This document shows, one piece after another, positions 1-13,500 of a stretch of DNA of 64,000 nt (its first letter is position 1; each line of letters opens with the position of its first letter). The stretch spans positions 186,602-250,601 of the forward strand of contig NMRA01000162.1 of assembly GCA_002633005.1 (NCBI GenBank), in the 5' to 3' direction. The translations under genes were made by a program, and so were the position numbers. The notes below the pieces were generated by a model. That model ran no database searches. It saw only the letters and a program-made list of their open reading frames with translations, and was not told the origin of the DNA. This DNA comes from Phoronis australis. Its lineage: Eukaryota; Animalia; Phoronida.

Positions 1-674
1 GAAATTTTGAGAGACTGACGGTGAACATTCTTCAATTTGGGACAAAAATAATTGGAAAATTGCCGTATTTCTATATTGTAGAGGCTTGTCGCGTTGTTGC
101 AAATGCTCAAATTGCTGTTTGATGATAGCTATGCTGTACAAACCATGCTGAAATATGAGCTTTCTTGAAAAAGTGTCTTTGTTGAGAAAACTGACAAAGT
201 GAAATTGCACCTGTCCGCCATATTGTGTCTCAAACTGAAGAATTTTTACCAAAATGTGCGCAATACGCCGAACGCTCATATGCCTATCTGTAAAGCTGTG
301 CCTATAGCCAGAATTTAGCTCAATAAAACTAAAGAATTTGCGAAATAGTGTGCGAGTAAAAACTGTTGCCAGACAGCAGAATAAAAACTGTTGCCAGACA
401 GTAGTGGTGTGTTTAATTTACAAAACGCCATTGAACTATTCAATGAAATTTACTGGTCACAAAAACACATGTGCAAAGTATTGTTGCCTGTTCTTATTTG
501 TGAAACTGAGGCACACATGCCTGCAAAACACTTCAGCAAAAAATTCTTTGAAAAACGTATCATTTTGAATATAGACCTGAATTAGTACATTTTACTGCAC
601 ATGCCATCTTTTGTGATAGTGGTCTTGTATCAATTCATGAACGGGTCAAAATGTAAGAAATGTTCGTTGGCAAT

Positions 675-771
675 GGTCGGATATAATGGGCCCAAATTTT
701 GAGAACCAGTTGATGCCTGTTGTTCAGTGGAGAAAACTGGTTCTCAAAAGGGTGACACTTTACATCCGAGT
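675..771. repeat. ~100-bp palindromic MITE family A, copy 1
   Basis: ttttgagaaccagtt / aactggttctcaaaa stem; related copies at ~13036-13126, 32454-32536, 40697-40800, 61813-61910. Confidence 0.8.
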
Positions 772-1465
772 TTACCGTTTTCGTCGTCAACACTTTCCGC
801 TGGCGTACAGGATGGAGGATTTTGCTTATCGTTGCATCAATCAGTTTCTCGCTCTGAGTGAAGTAAACAAAATTTTCAGGTTCAATGCAGTTGGGATGGT
901 GAGGAAATAGTCAACTGCTGGGGAAAATTAACCTTGCACGGACAAGCACTATGTGTTACAAAATGCTAGTATTTTAGCCTCTGAGGGAACCTAGACAGGT
1001 CGAGGACAAGTTAAAATCTCACTGTGTGTTGCGTTTGGGTGTAACAATATTAATTGACAAGGAGGTTGGTCTTTGAAGTAGAAATGGTGTCCATATGTGA
1101 ACATGAAGTAATGATTCCAAGGTGGGCCATTGGCCTTTGATTACTGAAGGTTCCTCAGCTGCCTGTCTGTAGGATGTCTGTGATATTAATAATTACCACC
1201 AGTTGGTGTTGGCCATGCTCTGTTTAACCACAGTCTCCATGGACAATCCTTGGGGAACAGCTGAGTATCCCCAAACCATGTGATATTTCTTTCTGCTGCT
1301 TTTGAGTGTTCACTTTCAAGCAGTCATTTGCATGGTTCAGGAATTTGAGTTTCTTCGGTTATCTGAAAGTGGGTGAGGCAAGATAGATTGGTGAGGAATA
1401 ATTTCGCGCATTTTTGTCCAAAGCTCTCTCTGTACGTGAAGCTAAAAGGGAAATTTTGATTGAGC

Positions 1466-1551
1466 ATGGGTAGTGGAACGGAAAAACAGAAATCCGGACG
1501 TTTCAAGGATTTGAGTGAAGAGTTCTTCAAGCAAAGGTTGAAGTTGACCAG
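1466..1551 (+). CDS. Putative alternative upstream coding exon of the tetraspanin (MGSGTEKQKSGRFKDLSEEFFKQRLKLT)
   Basis: ATG at 1466, open to donor CAG|gtaaat at 1552 in phase 2. This matches the phase of the exon starting at 7417 and reads in frame into ATG 7430. Confidence 0.45.
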
Positions 1552-4500
1552 GTAAATAAATCATATAGAGTTGTTCCCACTCTGCATGATGGAAACTTAA
1601 AAGTGATCAAACTATTTGAAGAAATGTTTTTAGCAGTGCAGTTTTGTATTGGTAACCATGAAATCCCATTGTGTAACAATTCGAACACACAAGTTTTGAA
1701 GCAGATGACAGAACCACTGAATAATTTGTATCAACTATCAACCACTTTGTCATAGTAGAAACAAAAATCGTGCAAGCAAACCGCAATGAAAACTAAATTC
1801 TTCAAATGTTTCCTAGAAATAATTCAGTGATTGTTAGATTTTTGTGTGTACATAATTAGTCTTGTACCTTTAAAAAATGCATTTAAACTGGTTAGTGGCC
1901 TATTTAGCTTCTAGTTGTACTCGGTGAAAATAGGGGAAAAGGCGGTTTGGAGAGGAAAACACTTCATCTGTTGATTAATAAACATGTTATAATTTTGTTG
2001 ATGATGGTAGGTTGGAATTGAATTTAACTATATTGGCATAGAGCAGCTGCCTTCTGCGCCAATATTTGGAATTATAAAGCATTATGCATGCATGCGATGC
2101 GTAAAACCAAAGGGCCTATCGCACTACAAATTTAGAACTGTGAACTAACATTCTTTCTCTACTGCAAGAATTTTAGATTCGATGGGTGAGATGATTTAGA
2201 CCGGTCTAAGTTTAGGACGGTACTAAAGTTAGTACACTCGAAAAGACCAGACTAGAGTGTGGATAAAAGTAATTCCATTTACGTAAGCCCAATTGCGAAA
2301 AATTTAACCTGTATTGTTTTTCTCGACAGTCCTAAATTGTCCTGCCACTATACTCGAGAGCCTGGAGGTCATCCTGCCATGTTGCGCACTTTCGATATTT
2401 GTGTCATCAGCTGGTCACTGTATAAATACCAACAAATCTTAACAAGAATAGAATAAGTGCTAACTTGTTATCAGATGAAACCGAGGTTCTGATGGGGATT
2501 TGTACCAAGTGAATGATTCAAGGTACTAGTATTTTCAATGGAAAGGATCGCAACAGCGTAACAACATATCTTGTGTATAATTTATGGTGAAGCATTAAAG
2601 TTGTTATAGCATAATGTTAGTCTGGTCAAACAAAAAGGATGATAATTTGTGATAGTACTGTTGGTTATCACGCTGATCTAATATATATTTCTGACCAGAA
2701 ACTGCTCTGGACTAACTCTAATGCAAAAGCAGGACATAACTCACTCAAAAGTTTAATAAGATATGCACATGTGATGCAAGGTGAAGCATAAGTCCGTGCA
2801 TAAGTCCAGGGCCCTCTATGTCTCAATTTTGGGTTCGATATTGGCTCCATTTCCCTCTGAAAAATATTTCAGAATCGTGTAATTCTCATTATGTCCAAAA
2901 ATTCCCATCTAATGATTAAAAAATTCCACTCTGATTTAGAATCCCATATTTTTAACCCACCCAGTCCCAGTTATTGGTGACTCACCCGAAAAAATTACCC
3001 TCTCAGAAGGCAAAGGTAGCTTGACTGTGAGGGAGGGACTTGGAGACGCACATGAGCAAAATCTATTTTTTTTTAAAAATGGGCTATTTTGGATAGGCGA
3101 AACTGGTATACGCGCATGTGTGGAATATTCTGTCAGAAATCTTCCCTCAATTTCCTTGCAACAGGAGAAAATAGACTCGTCACTTTGCTGTCTTTTAAGG
3201 TATTTCTAGATACTAGTGCTAATCCAATGCCATAAAACTTAAAAAAAATGTTTTGTGAATGAGTTAGATGTCTCAGTCGGGAAGGATATGTACGTTTGAT
3301 TTGGAATGTCCTATTTTTGATAAAAATAAAACAAAAATCCTAACGTTCTTTTCATTTACATTTAATTAGTTCAATTATAGCAGTCCCCATTATACACTTA
3401 ATCTCTTCTTAAAAAATGCAAGTCTTGCCACTTCATAAATCTCATGTACTTAAGTTTGACACAAAAGCTGGTGGTATTCAGGCAGTTTCTAGTACAAGGT
3501 CCATCTCTTGCATTCCTCAGTGTGTGGTTTGACCTTGTGGTATTGTCCTCATAATTAGAAGAGGAAGCCCTTGACCTCTCCAGTCAGCTGAGGGGAGCCC
3601 AGGAGGGGTACTGCCATGAAGAGGTATGTAAAACATACCGCTCATAATGGCGATTTTTTCATGGTTAGTTTCCGTACTAAGCCATACCTTCTTGACAAAA
3701 TTCCCAACAAAAGGACACCTTTTCTATTTAAATCATTTACTTCGCAAACAGTTTCAGTCTGGGAGTGCGATTAAACCCTACACACGGTTCCTTTTCCAGC
3801 TGCACAGATCTTGAGGCAGGTTTCAGCATTCGCTATATTTTTTAAGTTTTGTTCTCTTAAGCTGCACCGTACTGACAACGTAATATCTGTGGCTGTTCTG
3901 TTTCACTAGCTTAATGTGTTGAAGTTCAACTGTCTAATAAGAATCTCAATATTTATAGAATTACTTACTCTTCCAAAGTGGGTGGTATTTCTGTAACAAA
4001 ACCCTTTAAATGGATGACATTTTCATTCAGGCTCCGTTATACACACTGATCCTCTTTTGATTCTAGTCTCTAAAGTCCCCTCCACACATGACCTACGCTA
4101 GAGCAACTTGCACTGCTAGTGCAACTTAGCCCATTTTTGATTGGAGCGTCCACACATTCACACAAAAATTACACACATACACATTCCAATGACTAGGGTA
4201 AGGCGGAAGTTTTCCCTCTGTGTGGCGAGTACCGCGCCTGATACTCGTCTGTATGTAACCGCAGCTGATAATTCTGGCCGCCGTACCCCACTTTTGCGGC
4301 CACATAGTGACTACAAGTTACCCTAGAAACAAGTTACCCCACCTTGATAATGTGGGTAAGTTGTGCTAGTTTAGTGTCCACACAGCACTCAAACCTAGTA
4401 TCAATGACAAGTCTTTCAGTCTTTCCTGGGAATATATTATTCTAGGGTAAGTCTGTGTGTTGAAGGTTGGTGGTAACATCTTATGTTACAGCTGTACAAC

Positions 4501-7429
4501 CAAAACATTTATTGTTTACCATGTGGTAACTGTACACCTTAGATTCTGCTTAGCAGTTTGGATGTCTGCCACAGAGTTACAATGTTAGGGTGTTACATTA
4601 TTGTCCACTACATGTGTTTTCGCTTATCTCATTCATCTGGTATGTTGACAAATTCTCTGCGAAAGTGGAGGTCCTTGTGAATATGCAGTTAGTCGTGCCC
4701 TACTCTGGAAGTGGCGTTTAGGGGGTTAAGAATTTCCCGCCATTTCGTTTTCATTGTTTTAGGAGACCAGCACAAAAATGACAGTAGAACAAATCCTCGC
4801 AGTAACTCGAGCGCACTAATTAATAAAATTACGGGAAGCCGTTATTAACCAAAACAAATGTCTGGGATAATCAACGAACCGTATTTTTGCTAAAAATGAC
4901 ATGCAAAAAGGTTGCATTCTCCTTTAAACAAAGTACATCTAGATCGATGGTGACTGCGCGTGAAGTGAAAGAGGCCCTGAAGGTGATTGTTACATTTTTG
5001 AAAGTGTTTTGGTCACTGGCATGATTTTCTTACTCTCGAAATTGTGTTGGACCTTTTAGTTGTGAAGCTCAATCATTACAGTTGACTATACATTAGACTA
5101 TTAATTTGGCTTGTAATTTTCCTCTTTTAAGAGGATTTCCTCTTTTTTGGTTTCAATTTCCTCTTATTTGATTTCTTCTTATTTGATTTCCAGTTTCTTC
5201 TTTTTTCATCTCATTTTTATCATTATTTTGACTTCATTCATGCAAAAATGTTCATTTCAGTTAAATTTTACAACACAAAAAGATTTCTATCACCCAAGCC
5301 TATTTATTTGTAGAACGATACATCACCTGGAAAATTTTCCTCTTTTTTGTCATGGGTCATTCCAAGCCCTGATTAATTACCGGTAATACAGTACATGGTA
5401 GAACTCCACCGTTGAAAAATCTAGATTTAAACAAGTTTAGTTAGTTAGAGTTCTCAGTATGCTTCGACATTTCATGTTATTATTCGTACAAACATACAAT
5501 TTATTTTTAGACTTGCAGTGTTGAACATTGAATTCGCAGGAAGGTCACTATATTTTTATCACACCCATAAAGAGGGTTACAATCCTACTGTCCAACTGTA
5601 TTGTTGCACTGTGTAGAAATTCCTACATTGTTCGGATAAGTAACATATTTGTATAGAACTGTTACCAAGAAATGAATCAGATGTGGTTGTGCTAGAGCCA
5701 TGTACATCAATCTTATGTCCTTCAAAAATTACACTTTTTCATGTTCAGGCTTCATAGTTTTCTTATTTTTCCTAGTATTTTTATGTTTCAGCTGGAAACT
5801 TGATAAGAGGCCAAAACAAGCAAAGTTTGTTCTGGTCTTTACCCGACTCATTGTGAGGCTAAGCTTACAAAAATAAAAACTCCGCCCGCATCAATTTCAA
5901 CCAAGATCTCAAGCTTTTTGCAAAGCTGTATTAAGGCATTAAGAAAGGTTTGAAACTCTGCGATTTGCCAAGCAATGACTAAAAAACAAATCCTGTATTA
6001 TTTTTGCTCGTCTGTTGTGTATTTTGATGTCATAATAGGCAGTACACAGACAACTGTTCCATACCAAGGTAAAATTTTTTTCTAGCTGAAAATTCCTTAA
6101 TGTTAGGTAGATTCAAGAACAAAATTAACATTTTTTACCAAAATGATGTTTAATCCTTATTAGACTTGCTTAAAAAATCCAAGCTGCTGCTATTGCAAAT
6201 TGATTTTTTCTAGACTTATTGAACACTATTTGTAAATGTTGAATCCAAAGTACAAAAGGTACTTAATTTGAAATATTCAAGGCATGCAGTTCCTCATACT
6301 TATTACTTGCCAGTTCCCCATAGTTTCACTTTTGCTGTGTTAAAAATGTCATGCAATTAACATTTAATGGCTTGATGCATCATTTGTCATGTTCTGCCCT
6401 ATAAATAATACATGTTCTTGATATCTGCTATAGTGTTTCAAAGCAGTGTCAATCACCAACATTACAACCTTGGTCAGTTGATGAAAGTCGGAAAGTTGAC
6501 TGAATGTTTTTATTATTTGTTATAATTGCCAGTTTGATATTTGATTTTTAGTCAATTTCAAGTGTGAAGTTAATCAATTTATGTCATGACTGGTATATGG
6601 CCATCTCAAAGTGGTTTTAGGACGTCTTGTTTCACTCAGGATATTGTGTCTTGAATCTAGTTTTAAAAATGTCCATTTCTGAAAGTGTTGACTCATGTAT
6701 GGTTTCTTCCTGTTCTCAAGGAGATCGCCTGGTTATCAGACCAAAAAAAGTCCTGTCGAGTTTATTCCGAGGCTGAGATGCTCTAGAGCCTGTCAATTGC
6801 GCGTTTGAATGAGGTGTGGTCCACATTATGAGTTAGCCTAGAACAACTTACTCCTGGGATGCGTCGTTCCGGTACCATACTAGGATTAGTAATAGTGTGG
6901 ATGTTATTTGCGCGGAGACAACCTGATACTGGTGGTTGTGACAACTTACCCCACCCAATGAATGATGGCGGGGTTACTCGTTTTCTAGTGCAAGTCCTAG
7001 TGTAGGCGCAAACCTCCAGATAAGACCAAGTAATTACCGGCTGTGTACTTGGTCAATTGTATACAGGTGTCTTCATCATTTCTGTGGTAAATTCATCACA
7101 AGGTGTGTAGTGTTATGCTCGGCTGGCTGGGGACAACATGTGCTAAAGGCAAGGTATTTTAGCATTACTTGTAGGATGGGCATAACTTGCAGGATGGGCA
7201 TGACTTAAGTTCGGGCTCAGTATCGGATTGCTGGCCAGAGTGTTCCTGATTTCTTCCATTGGAATTTCAAGACGGGCCAGATTTTATTTACAATTTCAAC
7301 AACTGCATTTTGCTCAACCCTGTATCAGGGCAGTTGTTAATGTGATTACTTCCTAGTGAGATACACAACGCACATAAAACTGACGGAACTGCAACTACGT
7401 TTGTGTTTTCTTCCAGTGCAAGTGACAAA

Positions 7430-7504
7430 ATGGGACATGTGGAGAAAGATAAAAGCTTTTTATGTGTGAAATACTCGTTCTTTGCGGTTAACGTAATATT
7501 TTGG
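7430..7504 (+). CDS. Tetraspanin exon (MGHVEKDKSFLCVKYSFFAVNVIFW)
   Basis: Acceptor ttccag ends 7416; ATG at 7430; donor gtaagt at 7505; TM1 start motif. Confidence 0.93.
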
Positions 7505-10500
7505 GTAAGTATTTTTAATATTCTTGGTAGAAGTGTGTGCCTATTGGACCGCTCTTCGGTTGCTTAACTGTACAGCATAAAACATTTTTTTAATCACTGA
7601 ATTAATTTATGATCAAAAACGTGGTGAGTGAACAGATTTTTTTGTCAACCATATCTAAGCTGTAAAAAGTTGTACGGTTGTAGTTTTTAATTAGAAGGAC
7701 ATCAAAACAGGCCTTGTCATGAAATATCAAGAACTTTTTTCTGTTCACAGTGACTTGGCGTCATTTTTCATTCAAAATGGAGGCTCCTAGACGTTATCAA
7801 TCCTGCTATAAATGCATAATTCTTTACATATATCTGCTTAATAAATGTCAGTTTCGCAGTTTTTCTTTGTTAACTATTCAAAAAGATTTCTCGAAATAGT
7901 TTCCAGTCGGCATTCTTTTTTGTATCTAGCACATGTCTGTGAACAGCGAATGGCTTCATTTTTGGGAAGCCTTCAGCTTTTAAGCTTTCGGTTATGGTTA
8001 GGCTCTGGTCGTCCATAGTGATAGCGTTTGATTCCTAGTCAGAATGTTTAACTCCTTTCAAATTAATGTTATGGTACATATTGAGAGGAGGACTGGTAAG
8101 ATGTCTATGACTCCTTGCTTTATGTGGCTGTTCTGCCCTCTGTCCAGAGTCTTATCTGCCTGTCATAAAAATTCCACAGCCAAATGAGTTTACATGATGT
8201 TAGCAGATGTTGAACATTCTTCAAGTAAGCCAAAAATGACATTTATCTGGTGGTTTGTTAAAACACAGGGTGTTTAAAAAGACGGGTCATATTTGTTAAT
8301 TCTTCATTTATTTAGAACGCAATATGGCCTGCAAGTGAAATTCTGTTTTGTCAAATTTCTCTGAAAAAAATACAAAGTAAGAAAATTATTTCTCTTGCTA
8401 GTATGGTATATATCTCGCAGACGTCACAAAACAACTTTTGGTAAATTTTCCATTATTTGCAGTAAAGTAATCAGGAAAAAGATAATTTGACAATTATTTT
8501 TGTACAAATTAAGTGTACAATTACCATGTTGTTATAATTCATGCTGACAATGGGTCAAAGGTAGACAAAAAGCAATAGGTTTATTTGGATATGAAATTTT
8601 GTTAAAGATTGTATAAATTGACTACCGGTATATGTGCCCTTCTCCTCCTGTGGGCCAACACTGATCAAGTTGACAGTTCCTTTTTTCCAGAGCTGTATAG
8701 CAATTTCAAATCAGAGCCACCCTTCAGATTAATTTGTGCTAAAAAGTTTGGAAACTGAGTTTTACTTCCTGGTAACCAGCTGACTAGAAAACTGACGAAC
8801 ACCGATTACATCTTTGTAGTGTCCCAAATAAGCAACTTATATCCTGGTGCAATGTGTGTTTTCTTGATAAGTTGTCATCACTTGAAAAATATCTTAACTG
8901 GAGCTCCGCTGGGCAAGCTCGCTTTTCCGGAACACACTAGTGTGACGTAAATTTATTAAATTAAGTCTTTGCATTGTGAAGCGGATGCAGAGTCGAACAA
9001 TGTTCATATCCTAATGCTAGAAATTCTTAAACGTGCCTTTGGCCCAAACTACAGTTGGATAAGGGGAAAATGTGTTCAGCTTCAATCATTCCCAAGAAAG
9101 AACTTTTCAAAGAATGATTACTATGTACAAAACTTTTCACATGGGAAGCTGTTGCCTAGTTTCCCAGCAGCTGGTTGGATTTTTCAATGCAGTGGTGGAT
9201 CTATACCAAAGATTGTTGGATGAAACTGGAAAAAATTTGGTGCGGTTACACAAAGCTGTACTTCCCAAAATGTAAATTCAATTCATTTTAAGCAATTTAA
9301 CAGTTGTTATTAGGAGTAATATTAGTTTCGTTTTTGTGCAAACACAATTATACGCTACATGAACTTCAGAGCTATTTTTACAATGAATCATTGAAACATC
9401 ATTTCTGTTATGAGCAATTTCTTAATTTAGTTCAGAACTGACAGGATACTCAAACTACTTTTTAATCATCATCATTTGTGTACACTGAGGACTGTTTTAT
9501 AGCAGAATCACTGTAGCTTCCATTGGCAAAGTATGTTGAGCTATCGTTTTTGAAAAAAAAAATTATTTAGGCTAGATATGTGATAATTTCACACTTATTT
9601 TGCATGAATATAATTCACAAAATTGGCCTTTTCTATTTTTAAAGGCTGACTTCTTCGCTACAAGTAATGTCGAATGTTGCTTCTTGACATCTACATAATA
9701 CAAATCATGTTAGTAATTGGCTAAATCTTCCTTAATCTATATTTTTGCGAAGAAATTTGACAAGATGGAATTTCTCTTGTTGGCTAAAGAAGTGAAGAAT
9801 AACCGTCTAATTTCTATTCTCAACTTGTTGCGTAAAATTCAGAAATAAATTTCCTTGTGATCATGCATGAAAGAAAATGGTAAAAGAAGCAATTTTATAC
9901 AATTCCAGATTCTTTCCTTTGGGACACTCTGTATTTTGAATTTAAGAGTTGAAGAATTAATTTTGAGTCTTGGACTAAGTTTACTTTTGTTTTGCTTTCT
10001 AGTTGGTTGGCTGCGCCATCCTTGCTGTTGGCATTTGGCTGTTGATTGCCCACGGCACATTCGCTACTCTCACGCCAACCTATGGCTTCCTCAGTGCCAC
10101 GTCGATCCTGATCGCTGCTGGATGTATTGTACTGGTCATCGGCTTCTTTGGCTGCTGTGGGGCCATAGTGGAGAACCAGTGCTTACTAATCACGGTAAGT
10201 TAAGTTTGAAACCCCATGCACTGCCATCTTTGAAATTCTCTATATTAGTTTTTGTTTTGGTGTGGAAATGTTGGTTTGATTTTTGAATACACCGAGTTAA
10301 TGTTCTTAATTATGCATTATGAAACCATTGGCTGCTCAAAAGCACATCTTACATGTTAAAAAGCATTTTGTTCACTTTGTGCAACCTTAAATGTGTATTG
10401 AAACATTTTTCCAATATAAAAATCTCACTATGACTCAATTCGTACTACATGAATTGAAAGTAAATCTTTTGTAATTTACGAAATGATTACCATGTTCTAT

Positions 10501-13500
10501 GTAAAGATTGTCTTCTCATTGTCAAATTTCCTACTATGAGATTTTGCACAAAGCTTTTGTGTTTGTATACAGTCTCATTCTGACTGCATTTTTTAACTTC
10601 CGGTTTCATGTGTCACCCCCTTTATGTCATTGTAGTATTTTATCCTGGTTCTTGTGGTGTTCATTCTGGAAATCACTGCTGGAATCCTGGCGTTTGTCTT
10701 CAAAGATGAGGTGAGTGGAGCGGTCCCAAAAATACTGCAGTCTTTACACTGCCTTGTCCAATTCTAATAGAAGGCGCGACACTTACATGTAGCAGTGCGA
10801 TAATGGGTGACCCAATGTTGAGGACGAGTGACCCACTTGTCTTTGTTTGCAATGTGCTGCATGTTTACAATTTATCACAAGGTTTGTTTACACTTGATGT
10901 GATCCTTACTAGAGCAATGGTGATCAGTGTTTCCATTTTATTTATGTTCCGATAAATTCCCTGCCATTCCCATTATGGGGAGGTGGTTACTATGACAATC
11001 AATTCCTCTTGCACTCAATCGTCGTGACATGGAATTTTGCTAGCACGCTGCTGGGAACATTTTGTCTCAGTGATAACTTTTGGTGTTTACTGTATTGCTA
11101 AACTGTGGAAGAAATTTCCATTCAAGAATATTATGTAAAATTTTAATGTTTCATTTTACTTAAAAGTTGCTTCATTACAAGTGATGCTATCATCCGACCC
11201 ATGGTGTGTTATGTTGTTTTTTAAAAGCCAAAATCTCTCAGTATGTCATGTGACTGTAATAGACCCTTTTAGTGGTTCCTCATTTCGAGAACCAGTTTTA
11301 TTCACATAACAGGTGGTGTTATTCATTGACTGCCTAGGTTTTCCAAATGAAGGCTCAATAAGAGGGACTATTGCCACACGAGACAATACATTGCTGGTTT
11401 CCAAGTCATTGTTTTACGTTACCTTAGATTTTATTACTACAACAGTGCACTACAGGACTACTGGTGGCGGAAGGTTTCAACTCCTTGAGTAGTCTTTCTA
11501 TGGCCTGTTTCATGAGAGTGGCCTAAAATTTGAGACAGAAATTTGGTCTTACGCTCCACATGACTTTCTGAACATACAATTAAACTTCACTCGAGCAAAG
11601 GTGCAAAGTATCTGAGAATACACACATGTCTTCTAATTGCCGAGATAATTTCTGTAACTTATTTCTAGAATGTGATGCGCTCGTGATTATTTGGCTCGAC
11701 GGTTTTTCAACAATTGTGAAGGGGGAGAGTAACAGCAAATTTTTGTCTCGAGTCTTAAGACACCTTTCGTGAAACGGACTCCAGAAGTGTGTAATGTGTC
11801 ATCGCATTGGTGTACATTTTTGATACCGTAGATTATGCGAATTGTGGAGCGAGAGTTGATGCTGGGAATCAAAACAAAGTATACCAAGGAGCAAGGATTG
11901 GCCGATGCCTGGGACTATGTACAGAGAGAGGTATTACCACTGGACATTTCAGAAATGCAATAACTGAAATTTAATTCAGATTCAAAGTTGTCTGCAAACT
12001 TATTTTCCATTAAAAGCTAACTTTTGATTTAGGGCATACCTTGATAAATCCAGTCTTAACGTGTTCTTTACTCAAATAAGAGGCAATTCCTGTGGTTGGA
12101 GCAAACTGAGCATTCGTTTCTGCTTGAGCATAGAGTCAATAAGTTAGCTTGTTAAAGCCTACCTTCAACGTAATTTTGTTATTTTAGATGTATTGGGCTT
12201 ACTGGATAGTCGTAGCAAAGCCTTAGTAAAATAAGAAAACGAGAGTTCAATCACACAAATGTAAGCCCGTCAAATGGTAGGTGAACTTGCCTTTTCGTGC
12301 CATGTTGCGTCACCGCAAGATGCCAGCACAAACAACAAAAGGCCGATAACAGTTGTATTGAATAGGGGTCTGAATAGAACACCATTGCATGTGGCTATTA
12401 CGAGTAGCTGTTTGAATGAAAAGTTGATTCTCACGGTGACGTAGACAAAAGCAAGCCACCTAACAATTCGTTACATTTGGCAATTTATGGCACTAGTTGG
12501 CTTAGAGCGATGCTCTTAACGTACTGTAGGTACCAAATTTACAAGTGTCACCGTTGAAGATAGGCTTTAAGGTATACACGAAAATCAGCCAATTTTTTCT
12601 TTGATTTTTTATTAAGGAGACATTAAAACTAACTAACTGTTTCCTGATGCATGCACTGAACTCTGAAAATGTGCATGACTGTTCATGTATGCCTTAAACA
12701 AGAAATTAATGACTTTGTCCTGTGTCAGACATTAGATCCACTTATGTTCACAGTTCAAGTGTTGTGGGGTAAATAACTACACTGATTGGCACTCATCTCC
12801 AAGTGCTCAGCTCCCAGACTCCTGCTGCGTCTTTGAAACCAAGGACTGCGCCTCCAAAACGGCAGCCAGCACAAATATTCACTCCAGGGTAAGGAAGTGT
12901 GAATGGTGTAGATAAAGGTTTTGAAATTTTGTCTTGTGATGATGATGATAATTGTATTTATTCTCCAGGGGAGCAGAGATCAGGACCGGTTTAGACAAAC
13001 GTGGTTACTGGTCAATAACTTATGACAGTAGTGAATCACAGGGGACCCGAATTTTGAGAACCAGTTTGGTACCTGTTGTTTAATTTAGGAATCTGGTTCT
13101 CAAAATGTGGACCTTATAAGTGACTATTACTCTCAATTACATTCAGTTTTTGGCCATGATAATAGAATCAAAAAACGGACAATTGCTGCATAAATGAAAA
13201 AGACCATCCTGATGATGTCTAATGAATAGATGAAACATCGAATTGATATGAACTTTTTCACTTGTGCAGCGATTGTCCGTTTTTTTACTCTATTATATTA
13301 CGCACAAATCCATGGGTCAGTTCAGAAGACCACTATGTTATGTTAGTTTGCTCAATGTTTGTTTAATTTGATTTTTAGGTATCATCTTTCACCGCTGCTA
13401 TCCCCGTGCATTACTCTATGAATGATTGGTCCAATGATTGGTCCAATGATTGGTCCAATGATTGGTCCAATGATAACAGTGTGAATCCACAGCAGACATC

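Noticed and set aside
4070-4460. Degenerate repeat resembling 6810-7010
   Set aside because: Probably old MITE copies, but too diverged to define ends by eye.
9867-10286. 139-aa ORF
   Set aside because: Alternative frame overlapping the tetraspanin exon; the true frame is 10003-10194.
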